From the NCBI RefSeq assembly GCF_964204645.1, contig NC_134033.1, positions 8,254,655 through 8,318,654 on the forward strand: 64,000 nt of DNA, read 5' to 3'. Each line of letters begins with the position of its first letter. Positions within the stretch are counted from its first letter, which is position 1. Below are positions 1 through 13,100 of this stretch, piece after piece. Origin of the DNA: Tubulanus polymorphus (Eukaryota > Animalia > Nemertea). The translations under genes were made by a program, and so were the position numbers. A model generated the notes under the pieces. That model made no database searches, was not told where the DNA came from, and was given only the letters and a program-made list of their open reading frames with translations.

Positions 1-1645
1 TTGGGGGATCGAAATATATACGAAAGATACAAGGCAATTGATTTAAGCGTCTTCAAAATTTCCCTCAAAAAGTGTAAAAAGTGCTGATTTTGACGAACAA
101 CAATGACTGCCAGTCGGCCATCTTGATTCTGAAAAGGCCAGTTTTGGGGCTGAAGATGTGTGTCTAGGGTAGATACATGTATGAACGAAATATCAAGACA
201 TTATCTTGAACTGTCTTCAAAACTTCCCAAAATAACTGGACGTATCGGCCCCACTCCGCGCGGTTGCGCCACCGCGCGGGATTTACGCGAAGCAGCAAAT
301 ACAAACATGGCCACTCTCTCAATTTTCAGTGATAGAAATCGTGTCCACATTTCAATTATTTCGGCTGTTAGGGTTTTAAGGCACAATATAAGTTGATGAT
401 GTGATATGGCGATGTTAATTAATGATAATTCCTCAGTGAAGCTAGTCACGAACGGTGCCAATCGAGTGTACAGCTGCCAAAAACACTGAAATGTGCGTAG
501 TTGCGTAACTATTTGCAGTGAATTGCAGACGAAACATGAAGCCTTAACGGCCGTTTAAAAAAAAAATTATACCAATCGCAATTGTAAAATAAAGATGAGG
601 TAGAACCTAAGTTAAAATTCTGGCCATTTCTAAAATGTTATTACTAATTTTTAGTCAGTGCGGAACGTTTAGCTTTCCAACAATAATGAGGGGTGGCAGG
701 TAGTCATGCAATTCAAGTCATCATTTATTACACGTTACTTCCGTGTTGTTGAAAATCTTGCGAGTCCTGGACCAAACCCCATTGAACAATTTGATCTGTG
801 TGCTGGCCACAAATGCTCACAGATCACACTACACTACCCATTACACACTCCAGTAACCACAGCTTTCATATATCCATCCAAATATTTAGAGTGTCTTTCT
901 TCCTGGATTCCGTCTACGGACGGACAGACGGACGCTATGACGCTGGGACTTAAGTCCCAAGTGGGCTAAAAAGGGAGTTAAGTTTCTACTAGGCTGTACC
1001 GTAGGTACAAAAATAATAAGGAACTAATTAGTTATTCTACTATTCAACGCCCCCTGGTGACCATATAGAATAACTAATGACCTTAAAACTCACTACAATC
1101 ATAGACCATGTCATGAGCTACAACTTTGCAATTGATTGTGGTAACAAAATATGCATAGGTACAAATATAATATAGAAATACTAAGTTATTGTATTATTCA
1201 ACACCCCCTGGTGGCCATATACAAAAACCATTGACCTTAAAACTTGCCACAATCATGGAAAATGTTATGAGCTACAACTTTCCAATCAAGATAATGTGGG
1301 AAAACTCTTTTCCATCTACGAATGAGTACTGATGACACCAAGATGGCCTCCAATTGCGTGATAATAGGCTGATCAAAAACACTTGTCCGAATTCGTAAAG
1401 ATCCCTTTCTATAGAATACCCATCACAAATTTCAATAAAAAATGGCGAACCAGTAGGAATATACAGACTCCGAATTCGGGCCAAAATAGACATTGTGGGC
1501 ACAAGAAAGTTCACAGGATGGCCATCTTGAGTCCAATCAACCCAATTTTTCTTATGCCGATGGGCCCTTGGGGGAAATAAATACATACGAAAGATCAAGG
1601 TTATTAATCATAGCCTCTTCAAAATTTCCTTTGAAAACTTCAAAC
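1..1645 (-). mobile_element. Helentron-associated (HINE/DINE-1-like) family B fragments; the first is interrupted by element A
   Basis: Homology to 20685-22629; terminus TCCCAAGTGGGCTAAAAA at ~954-972; 153-bp units at ~1030-1290. Confidence 0.8.
241..902 (-). mobile_element. Element A copy 1: TIR-less ~660-bp non-autonomous element flanked by CTGGA direct repeats, nested in a HINE
   Basis: Inverted homolog at 30806-31466; empty host site AATAACTGGATTCCGTCT at ~22516 and ~45966. Confidence 0.85.
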
Positions 1646-1828
1646 ATGTGGTCGGTTCTCCTGCCCTGGTAGATTCGAATGACAAAGATCGTTTTTCATT
1701 AGATTGACTGAGAAATGACAGTCTGTTCTACAAACAATGAAAATTAACCTGATAGATAATCTTTTGCTTGTTTCCAACTGTCAGAGACTGTCAAGTAAAG
1801 ATAGGCTGAAAAGTCTTTGAGAGATCCG

Positions 1829-2179
1829 TCAATTGACATCCTCCCTCTGCAGGGACTCGAACCTGATGGCATCGCTACACTCAGCCACGGCACGAACCCC
1901 TGCATCAGTAGACCGGGTGCGCAGGTACATGCGCAGCTTTCCGAACGAAAACTGGCGGCACCAATCAGATTGCTCGTTGTATAATCGTTGAGGCAAATTT
2001 CAAGGAAGAACTATAGATGGGAAAACCCGGGCTAAAATAAAACGGGATTTCTGATTGGCTAAAAATCACATCATCTGAACTGCGCATGTATCTGCGCACA
2101 CGGTCGATTATGGCAGGGTTTCGTGCCGTGGCAATCTCGATGCCATCAGGTTCGAATCCCTGCCGGGGGGGACGTCAAT

Positions 2180-2182
<3 letters not shown>
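1829..2182. mobile_element. MITE-like palindrome with long TIRs containing a Pol III B-box-like motif
   Basis: ~140-bp imperfect inverted arms; GGTTCGAATCC at ~2149. Confidence 0.7.

Positions 2183-2220
<38 letters not shown>
2181..2220. repeat. (GAT)n microsatellite
   Basis: ~13 perfect units. Confidence 0.97.
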
Positions 2221-2991
2221 GGGCGCTACGCTTTTCACATTCGCTTTTCATAAATCAAATGATGTGCGCTGTAGGTTATAGTTGTCAAAAAACTCTCCCC
2301 CAATCCCGATCAATAGACAATTGACGCATTTTAAAAGTACACTACTAACGGATTCACGTAAACACCTGGTTCTGCGGCTAAGCCAATCGTAGGAGACAAA
2401 GCTTTCTGATTGGCTTTTTAAAACTGACAGATTTGCGTTCATAATTTCCTGAAAAACCTGCTGTAAATTCTAACGAGGCCCTTTCTCAAAATTCGGTACG
2501 CTTGAATGCACAATTTGTATCATGAATATGCCCAGTTGCACAGTGAAAAAGCCTTTCATCTGGAAACCATGATCAATTAAATTCGCTCCATTTTTATAGT
2601 AATAGGCTCAGCAAAACGGCTGGCCTAAAAATGACTTCCCAATCTTACTCTTGCATTATTTTGTTTATTTAATCAACTCACAGCGGCAAGATAAAACATT
2701 CATATAAACATGCGCATCGGCGCAATAGAACATCGTGTCTGCTATATAAATGTAGTACGTTTGTATGCACGCGGTCAGCATTCAGCTGCATGTGTGCATC
2801 AGTGATGATTGTATGAACAGCACTCTCACACATCGGCGGCGCGTGTGTTAGCCTCTTACATCAGACAAACTAATCGGCAAAGTCTAATGAAATCCATATA
2901 TGTCAGGATAAATAAACTGCCCTCTAGAAAGCGATTACCGTATATAAGCGACTAAACTTGTTGAACTGATCACTTCGGCACTTAGACTAGT

Positions 2992-3160
2992 AACAACCAA
3001 TCAGAGCACAGGTTTCCCCTAGTTACGTCAAAACTGCAGACATTCCCAAAGCAGCCACTCATAGTGCGGTTTCCCATACTTATGTCAAAAGCGCTGGCAT
3101 TCCCAAAACAACCAATCAGAGCGTGGGGTTTCCATAATCACGTCAAGAGCGCTCGACATA
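2992..3160. repeat. ~58-bp tandem repeat, 3 copies
   Basis: AACCAATCAGAGC...TTTCCC...ACGTCAA units. Confidence 0.7.
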
Positions 3161-3991
3161 GCAGTGCCGTACCATCAATATGTGCCATAGTCTAGCCATA
3201 ATCTTTCAAGGAATCCCGTCAATTTTTTACATCAAATGACAGAAATATTGGACAGCGCAAAATTAATCTAACATTCAATAGTACAAGCAAGTTGTACGTA
3301 GAAAACTGAACGGTAAGAATTTGACTGACCTAGGAGACAACATGACGTCATTTGAACAGGATAACAAAGTGGTCGTTCACTACTTGAACCGACCACAAAA
3401 AAAATGTGTAAGAAGTGCTGATTTTGGCGAACAACAATGGCTGCCAGTCGGCCATCTTGAATCTGACAGGGCCAGTTGTTGGACTGAAGATGTGTCTATG
3501 GTAGATAAATGTGTAACCCAAATATAAAGATATTACATTGAAGGGTCTTTCAAACTTCCCAAAATAACTGGATTCTATCTATGGACAAATGGACGTTCGA
3601 CGGACAAAAAGTGAACGCAATAGCCCGCAAGTGGGCTAACAAAAACGTATGCAAAATATGTGTAATCTGTATTTCCCATAAACCACAAACATTTCATTGG
3701 TCCCAAATGATTTGAATTAGAAAATGTTCTTCTGTATTGAAATTAGTACCAAGGGCCAGATATAAAGTAAATTATAAACAAATTACATTGTCAATTGAAC
3801 TGGAAGTAGCTTTACAATGAGGGTTTGGGAGTTATCAAAAATGTCTGAGATGTTACAAGAACCCCTATGATCGACAATCCACGGTTAGTCGTACCATCTG
3901 GTGATGGGTCACTATATCCACCATAAGTTCATATTTGAAATCGCAGTTTCATTTCCATCTGGTAAATACGCAACCATTTAATCATTATTAC

Positions 3992-4177
3992 CTGGAAGAC
4001 CCATCTTTCCCATTAGTCCTGATTTTCCAGGAAGGCCAGGTAGACCTTTATCCCCAGTGTCGCCTTTAAAACCTTTTGGACCAAATTTTCCCGGTATTCC
4101 TTCACCCTGCAATCCTGTTTGTCCTCTCAGTCCTGGTAATCCTTGCAGACCAGTCACACCCTTAGCGCCCGGTAAAC
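3992..4177 (-). CDS. COL4A1: exon 26 (last visible)
   Basis: 186 nt, phase 1-1. Confidence 0.93.
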
Positions 4178-7100
4178 CTTAAAAACAAAACAACAACGAA
4201 GAAATTACTTCTAGAAGGCATATAACGAGATGATCACAGCGAAACCTCATTATAATGTATTCAGATAACAATGATCAGAAATAATTATTAACTTGGAAGA
4301 ATCTCATCCCAAAATTATGGATATATTACAATGTTGCCTCTATCACTCAATGCGGTGTGTAACGGATGAACCCGCTACCTTGTAGTGTGCTGTATAACAG
4401 ATGTATCACTACTATGTTGTGCCTACCCTGCAGTGAAGGCAATAACGGATATATTGCTATATCGCATCTAGCTGGTAGTGCGGGTATAACAGCTAACAGC
4501 TACCCATTAGTGAAGTTTATATGCAGATGTACTATATTGATTTAACTTGTAGTGCGATGTATAACAGATATATAGCTTGTACTGCCATGGATAATGGACG
4601 TACTGCTATATTGCCTCTACCTTGTAGTGCGGTGTATAGCAGATGTACCACTACGTTGAGTTAACCCTGCAGTGAGGTGTATAACATACATACCACTATA
4701 ATGCATCTACTTCGCAGTGCAGTCTATAATGGATGTAACACTATGTTATGCCACTACACTACAATGAGGTTTATAATGAATGTACAGCTATGTTCAATTA
4801 CCCTGCAGTGGGATGTTTTACAGAGTTCAAGTTATTTCATACTGAAAATAACAGTGAACTCTATAGGTTATATCGAACAGATTTTCTGATGCCTCCTAGT
4901 TTCTTGTAGAAAAATTCCACAGTATTGAATAGTTGAAAAGCCATCACTTTTTAAATGGCATATTAAGCCTAGATTCATGCTATGTCAAAGCTTTTTGATG
5001 GTTCTTCTCTGGACCGTAATAACGCCACCTGGTGGGATGACTGCATTTGCAAATTATTCACTTTATTTACCTGTTTTACCCCGTTCCCCTTTAACTCCAA
5101 CCGCTTCCAGAGCTGGTTCTCCCTTTTGACCTTTAATTCCTAGTAATCCATCACCGCCATGGTCACCGAGTGAACCTTTAACGCCATCACGCCCGGGAAG
5201 ACCGGGGATACCTGCATCACCTTTCTTTCCTGGAACACAAAGAAATGCATGTCTTCAAACGTTGTTTAAATATCCAATATTGATTAAATTGGAGTCTGGC
5301 AGCCCCAAGGCTAGTTTTGTCGGGAATTGTTATATGTCAGTTACCAGTAACGCACTCCCCTCAGTTCATGTAACCCCGCCTATGTAAGCCCCGCATGAAG
5401 TTATGCTGTAGCGAGTAGATAAATAAATCAGAGTTTACTTAGACACCAAACATATTGGTCGTTGTTCACCTCTCCGGCGGTCTTGCTTATTTTACTCAAA
5501 CCTGGACCATTTAATGTGGCAATCATAGCCCACATTTTGGTGCCGTGACCAGGATATACAAGCAGTAAATTCGGAAACTCAGCCAAGATGCCGTCGAAAG
5601 AAGAGATCATGCGAAATGCGCAAATTCGACAGATGACGAAACTTTTTGATCAGGCGAGGGAGTTACTTCATTCGGAAAGTGACGAAAGCCTAGACAAATT
5701 GTCTGGCGTCATAACTAGAATACGTACAAAATTGGAAGTTATCGCAGGATATGATTCGGAACTGATTGCGAACGCAGAGTTAGGGAAACTCGAAGACCTC
5801 GTGTGTGAAACCGATGATTATATGAACGAAATAAACATCGAACTATCAATCTTCATCGGATACCTCGAACGGAAAAAGAATCAAATCGAACCGACAACGC
5901 GCATGAAATCCGAGCAACAAAAAACTGCGAAAAGACCGATCCAGTTGCCGAAGTTATCTTTGCCAACATTCGATGGCGATATTCTGAAATGGCAAACGTT
6001 CTTCGATGGGTTTTTCTCGGCAGTTGATAGTGATGAGAACTTAACGAATATCCAAAAGTTCCAATATCTGTCCGCACAGCTAAAGGGCGACGCAGCAAAA
6101 ACGATCGAAAACCTGAGTTTAACAAACGAAAATTATAATCAAGCTTTGGAACTTTTGTTAAACCGGTACGGGACACCACACAAAATTGTGGCCGCATACA
6201 TGAAAGCGTTGTGGGAGCTTTCACCACCGAGTGATCGCGACAACTCACTACGGAATTTCTATGACTCTCTGGAATCTTATATTCGTGGATTAAATTCACT
6301 CGGAAAATCCGAAGAATCGTACGGAGATCTGTTAGTACCCATCATAATGGAAAAACTACCGAGCGGAACTAAACAACAGATTACCAGAGACCACGGTAAC
6401 AATGCTTGGAGCCTGACTGATCTAAGAAAGTCACTCCTTAAAGAAATTGAGGCCTTCGAGGCTAGTATCGAAAGCCTTACGATACGGGATGATTTTCCCA
6501 CCAACTTGCCGACCGTGGGAGCGTTCGCAGTTACGGCGAAAAACAGACATAATTTTTCACGGGAAAACGATCGAAAATGTGCGTTCTGCAAAAAGATCAA
6601 TCACGTTGCGGTGGACTGTAAAACGTTTCCAGATGCTGAAAAACGCAGAGAAATTGTTGCTAGGGATAATTTATGCTTTAATTGTCTCTCGAGCGGACAC
6701 AAATCGACGAAATGCTTATCGAAAAACAGATGCAGAGTTACAAACTGTGGCAAAAAGCATCACACATCAGTTCATTTAGATGCAAAATCAACCACACATG
6801 TGGCCGCAAAATCAACCGATGAGAAAGCTGACAGGGATTGACATCAGTATCTGGGCGCCGCCGATGGAACAGTGTTATTAAAAACAGCTATCGCGAACGC
6901 AAAAAGTCGCGAAGGCGTAACGACTAACGTAAACATCTTGTTCGACGAGGGCGCTCAGCGGAGTTTTATTACTCAAAGAACAGCCGAAAGATTATATATA
7001 AACAGTGAAGAAACCGAAACTATATCGATCAACACATTTGGCGCGAAACAATCAAGTGCGCGGTCACTGATTGTTGCGAACTTTACACTATGTTCTGATG

Positions 7101-10100
7101 AAACCGACATACCGATAACGGCGTTAATTGTTCCACAAATTGCGTCGACAATGCGAAACCAAACCGGCAGATCTATCAAAGATTTACCGTATCTGACAGG
7201 TTTGAAATTAGCGCATCCGTTTTCTACCGAATCACACTTCGAAATCGACATTTTAATCGGTGCCGATTTCTATTGGTCAGTGGTCGGTAACCACACAATC
7301 CGCGGAAATGGACCCACGGCAGTATCTTCGAAATTAGGGTATCTTCTCTCTGGACCGTTTAGTGATTGCGATCCAATAAATACTGCACGAGTTTACAACG
7401 TGGATGTTACGTCACATCGTTCGGAGGAAGTCAACCTCCAAAAATTCTGGGATCTCGAATCCATAGGCGTAACTGATGCAACAGATGCGGCTTCAAAAGA
7501 ATTCAATCTACTCGACTACTGTCAATCAAGCCTGACGACATCCGACACGGGACGGTATACTGCGAAGTTGCCGTGGAAGAGTGGACACGCCCCCCTTCCG
7601 ACAAATTACTATGTTACTCGAAACATAACACAATCGATGATTCGTCGGCTATCGCCGCAAATTCGAAATGTTTACCACAACATTATCATGGATCAATTAT
7701 CGCGAGACTTCATCGAAGAAGTCACAGATGATGACCGAAACATAGGTCATTATTTACCGCATCGCGCGGTCAAGAAGGAATCGTCAACAACCCCTATCCG
7801 TATCGTCTATAACGCGTCTTTATCGACCGCGGGAAACCCTAGTTTAAATGATTGTTTGGAGACCGGTCCGACGCTGCTGAATGACCTCGGTTCAATCCTG
7901 ATCAGATTCAGGTTGCATAAATTCGGATTGTCGGCGGATATCGTAAAGGCGTTTCTTCAAGTTGGTCTGCACGATGATGATCGCGAGTATACGAAATTTC
8001 TATGGTTGACTGATCCTAAGAATCCAGAAAGTGAACTCAAAACCTATCGCTTCAAGGTTATATTGTTCGGCGTGGTGAGTTCACCCTTTATATTGAATGC
8101 TACTGTTCGTTTTCATCTAAATAATTATAATAACCATGTATCACGTGACTTAGTTAAAAATATATATGTCGACAACGCGATTAGTGGATGTGAATCTGAG
8201 AGCGATCTCATGGAATACTATACGAATATCAATAGCATAATGAAAAACGGCGGATTTAAACTTCAGTCTTATGCTTCTAACTCTTCGTTACTAAAGGCCA
8301 AAGCAGATTCCGATAATTTATCGGACGAGAAAACTATTGTTTCTACGCTCGGACTCCAATGGGATACGGTGAATGATACGCTGTCATTCAAAAACAAACA
8401 AGCGTTCGCCAATCCTGACTTAATTACCAAACGCGAAATCGTTAAGGCTGTCTCGAGCCTTTATGACCCGTTAGGATACGTCTCGCCTGTCCATATTAAG
8501 TCGAAGATGTTCGTACAGCAGTTGTGGACGGAAGGTTATGAGTGGGACGAAACCCTACCCGAGCGCGTAGTCGAATCGTGGATCTCGTTGATAACGGAAT
8601 TGCGTGAAATTAGCGAAATACGCGTTGATCGACGCTACTCGAAATCGGAAGCGAAATCGGAAGCTAAGTACGAATTGCACACTTTCTGCGATGCGAGCCA
8701 ATTGGCATATTGTCTATCTAAAACGTGGAGATCAGACGGTACTCGTCATGTCTAAATCGCGTGTGGCACCTGTTAAAAAACATACGATACCGCAGTTAGA
8801 ATTAATGGCCGCGTTGATTGGTGCTAAATTAACAGATTACGTTCGAAACAGTCTGATTACTGAAATAGTCATAACAAAGTGCGTGCTCTGGTCAGATAGC
8901 CAGATTGTGTTACACTGGATCAACTCCGAGAAAAAGCTTCCCGTCTTCGTAGCTAATCGCGTGCGTCAAATTAAATCGGTGACAACTATCGGTCGCTATA
9001 AATATTGTCCGACGAGTGACAATCCGGCTGATATGTTAAGCAGAGGAATATCGTGCGAACAAATTACGCGATGCACGCTCTGGTGGAATGGCCCTAGCTG
9101 GCTTAGCAACGGTAATTATCCCACCTGCGACACGATCGATCGAGCAGTTTTGCTCATAACCGAAATGGTCGAGGACAAACAGCCTGATGAAAAAATCTGC
9201 GAAAACAACGAAGTCGGAATATGTAACGTAATAGATCAGAACGATTTCACTTCGTTAACAAGGCTATTACGCGTAACCGCGCTAGTTCGACGATTTATTA
9301 AAAAGTTAAGACGCGAAAACCATGAATCGGATGAAATAACTACTAACGAAATAGCAGAATGCGAAGATCTATGGAACAAAGGTGTTCAATCGAGTTACTT
9401 CAATGACGTGAAAGTTAGTTTAGAACATAAATCTAAGAAAAGGCCATCACTCGTAACGAAACTTCGTTTGTTTTTAGAAGATGATATCATTCGTGTTGGA
9501 GGCCGTCTCCAACGCGCCCATCGGATACGATGCAAAGTTTCCGATATTGTTACCTCATTGTAGATATAGTGAATTAATCGTACTGGATTCCCATAATAAG
9601 GTCAAACACCTCGGTACAGAATCTACTATAACCGTAGTCCGACAAAAGTATTGGATTACTCGTGTTCGTCAAGTGGCTCGGAAGTTGTTGAGAAAATGCG
9701 TCATATGCAAATATATCACCGGTAAACCGTACTCGTTACCAAACTGCGCTCCGTTACAATCTTCGCGTTTGAAAGAGGCTCCACCCTTCACCGTCTGTGG
9801 TTTAGATTTCACCGGTGCACTACATCTTCGGTCGAAATCCGGAGAGGAGTCACTCGCGTATATATGCTTTTTTACTTGCGCCAACACGCGTGCCATCCAT
9901 CTGGAAGTGGTAACGGACATGACTACGTCAACATTCCTACACGCGTTGAGGAGAATGGCTGCCAGACGTTCGTTACCACTGAAAATAATATCGGACAACC
10001 AATCAACCTTTATTGCGAGTAACAATGCTATCAAAAAGATATACGAATCGATCGAAACCCGAAAGTACTTCAGCCTACACCGATCAGAGTGGTCATGATA

Positions 10101-13100
10101 ACTCGTCGAGCCCCCTGGTTTGGTGGATTTTACGAAAGGCTAGTTGGAATAACAAAAACCGCGATCAAAAAAGTTCTGGGGCGTGCGCGAATATCCCTGC
10201 TGGAATTGATTACGATCGTATCAGAGACTGAACAAGCTGTAAATAATCGCCCGATATCGTACTGTTCATCTGATGTGGACGACCCAGAACCTTTAACCCC
10301 GTCACATTTCCTTCACGGTCGCGTTCTCACGAGTTTACCGCATCTGTTCGTAAGTTACGATGAACTGACCGACCCGACGCTTGGAAATGTGCCGTCAGAA
10401 TTCGAAAAACGTTCGGTGCGAATCGGTTCATTAAAACAACATCTGTGGAAACGTTGGGCTGAGGAATACGTAACAGCCCTACGCGAAAGACACATCCAGT
10501 TTAAAAATCGCGGATTAACTGGAAATACCATCAGAAAGGGTGATGTCGTGTTAGTACACGACGACAATCATAATTCGCGTCTGAAATGGAAACTAGCACT
10601 GGTCGAGGAACTCGTTCCGGGGAACGACGGCTTAGTTAGAACCGCTAAGATCAAAATTTCGAATGGCAGGACTAATCGACCAATTAGCAAACTCTACCCT
10701 CTTGAAGTGCGCGCCGCAGATCCCTCGAACACGTGCAAACCGGACTCAAACGTAAATTCTGCACCCGTCACACGTCATTCGACGAGAAAGGCAGCTGCCG
10801 AGGCTAGAAATAACATCAGTAGATGGGCTAACGTGCTGTCTGATACATGTAGTAGTTAATTAATTGATAACCGCTCAGGTCAACGCTAGGTCACTCGGAC
10901 CTAAACAACAAACACAACGCAATGTAATAGACTGTATAATCTTAGTTTTAGAATTAATTTCAATTATACACATCATTTTTAGTTGTCAGTAGTTCCTTAT
11001 CTGACTATCATAAATTTATAACAATATACATGCATCATTTATTCGAATATCGATATCATTTAGTTGTAGTAACATTTTTCTTAATTACATCTATCTAGTA
11101 ATTTTCTGTCGCCCGGGAGAATGTCGGGAATTGTTATATGTCAGTTACCAGTAACGCACTCCCCTCAGTTCATGTAACCCCGCCTATGTAAGCCCCGCAT
11201 GAAGTTATGCTGTAGCGAGTAGATAAATAAATCAGAGTTTACTTAGACACCAAACATATTGGTCGTTGTTCACCTCTCCGGCGGTCTTGCTTATTTTACT
11301 CAAACCTGGACCATTTAATGTGGCAATCATAGCCCACAAGTTTCAACTTAAGACTAAAATTGGTTTGATAAATTGGCTTTAATATCAATCTGGTTTTAAA
11401 GGCCAGATTAAATTCAAACCTAGAGACCAATCTTAACTTCAACTAGGGGCTGATTGAATTGATCTTTTTTAACTTATACCTAGGGGTTATGAAGTGCCTT
11501 TTAAAGCAAAATCTAAAAAGTAAACGTTTGGCAATCAAAATGACAGGGATCTAGAATACAATGGCTAAATTTCACCTCAGGTCAACATTTCAAAGCTTCA
11601 TTTTATTCTTACTTCCAAAAAGTGGCCTTTTTTACAGATTTCTCTCATGTAAATGAGGGGCAGATTTAGGGGGTAGTCTAGGGGGTCAAGACCCCTACCC
11701 TTGCAAAAAAGTTGCCCTTTTCATCATGACAGAAATAGTTTAAAACCGCAAATTTGACACTCATCCTCTTGGAATTCTTATCGTTTAGGATGTATTTCTT
11801 AAAAATAAAGGACCAATGGTCCAGTGGCTTGCCAAACTAGTGTAAAGTAAAAGATTTGCCATGTATAGGCTACTAGTAGGCAAAAATTTATTTCATTGAA
11901 AATTTTCAAAAGAAAAAATATACATGTATCAAAAAGGACTTGTTTTTGGTCAGTGATAACTGATTTTTTAACGAGAATGAAATCTTCGAAAAATCGATTT
12001 TTGGAATTTTTGCCTCGACAAATTAATATTCATGATTTTTATACATTCATTAAATGACATATAAAACAACTAAAACTATGAGTGACCCGGCAAAGTGAGA
12101 GCCTGGGTTTTTTATTGGAGGTTTTTCATTATCATACAGCCTAATTAGGAAAGAAGCTCCTAAGTCTAGTTGAGGCCAGTGCGGGATATTGACGAAATAA
12201 AAGTTTATCGACTGACATGGTTTTTAATAATTTATGTTGTGCCACTACACTACAATGAGGTTTATAATGAATGTACAGCTATGTTCAATTACCCTGCAGT
12301 GGGATGTTTTACAGAGTTTAAGTTATTTCATACTGAAAATAACACTGAACTCTATAGGTTAGGCCAAATAAAAAAAATTTGTCTTTTATCGTCCCCGCCC
12401 GACCCTACGAAAAAATACCCGACCCAATTTTTTTTTTATTGTGTTCTATTTTGGTTCCAATCGAAAATATTTGCCATAGCTACCGTTTCATGTCGATTGT
12501 AGGACAGTATAGCAGCAAACAAAACGATTTATCGATCGACGAAGTGCATTCACTGAATAACAAATTGAAGTCAATATTCGGTTATGGAGCGTACACAGCG
12601 TGGATTTCCGGTTGTGGAGCGTATTTAGATTGATTTTAAAATCTAAGTTAATAAAGTTCTATGAATTGAATTGTATTTGTATAGCTTGTGGCGCCACACT
12701 TCCAGTCGCATGCCGTGATCTAAAATAAAAAATAAAAATAAAAACCTCCCGCCCTACCCAAGCTTTTTGAAAAAAAAGGACGATAAACAACTAATTCTTT
12801 TTATTTGGCCTTATATCGGACAGATTTTCTGATGCCTTCTAGTTTCTTGTAGAAAAATTCCACAGTATTGAATAGTTGAAAAGCCATCACTTTTTAAATA
12901 AACATGTATCAAAAAGGACTTGATTTTGGTCAGTAATAACTTATTTTTTAACGAGAATGAAATCTTCGAAAAATTGATTTTTGGAATTTTGCCTCGACAA
13001 ATTAATGTTCATAATTTTTATACATTCATAAGATGACATATAAAACAACTAAAACTATGAGTGACCCGGCAAAGTGAGAGCCTGGGTTTTTTATCGGAGG

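Larger units (their letters stand above)
5318..11338 (+). mobile_element. Full-length BEL/Pao LTR retrotransposon (6021 bp) in collagen intron 24, antisense to the host gene
   Basis: TG..CA LTRs, 5-bp TSD AGTTT (5313-5317 / 11339-11343), PBS, PPT GGGAGAA; domain order gag-PR-RT-RH-IN. Confidence 0.97.

Noticed and set aside
2112-2164. Hammerhead ribozyme on the minus strand (CTGATGG...CGAAA within a GGCAGGG/CCCTGCC stem)
   Set aside because: The core is CUGAUGG rather than CUGANGA, there is no stem I, and the NUH pairing is wrong.
10860-11121. env-like gene in the BEL element
   Set aside because: Only ~260 bp of AT-rich sequence lies between the pol stop and the 3' LTR.
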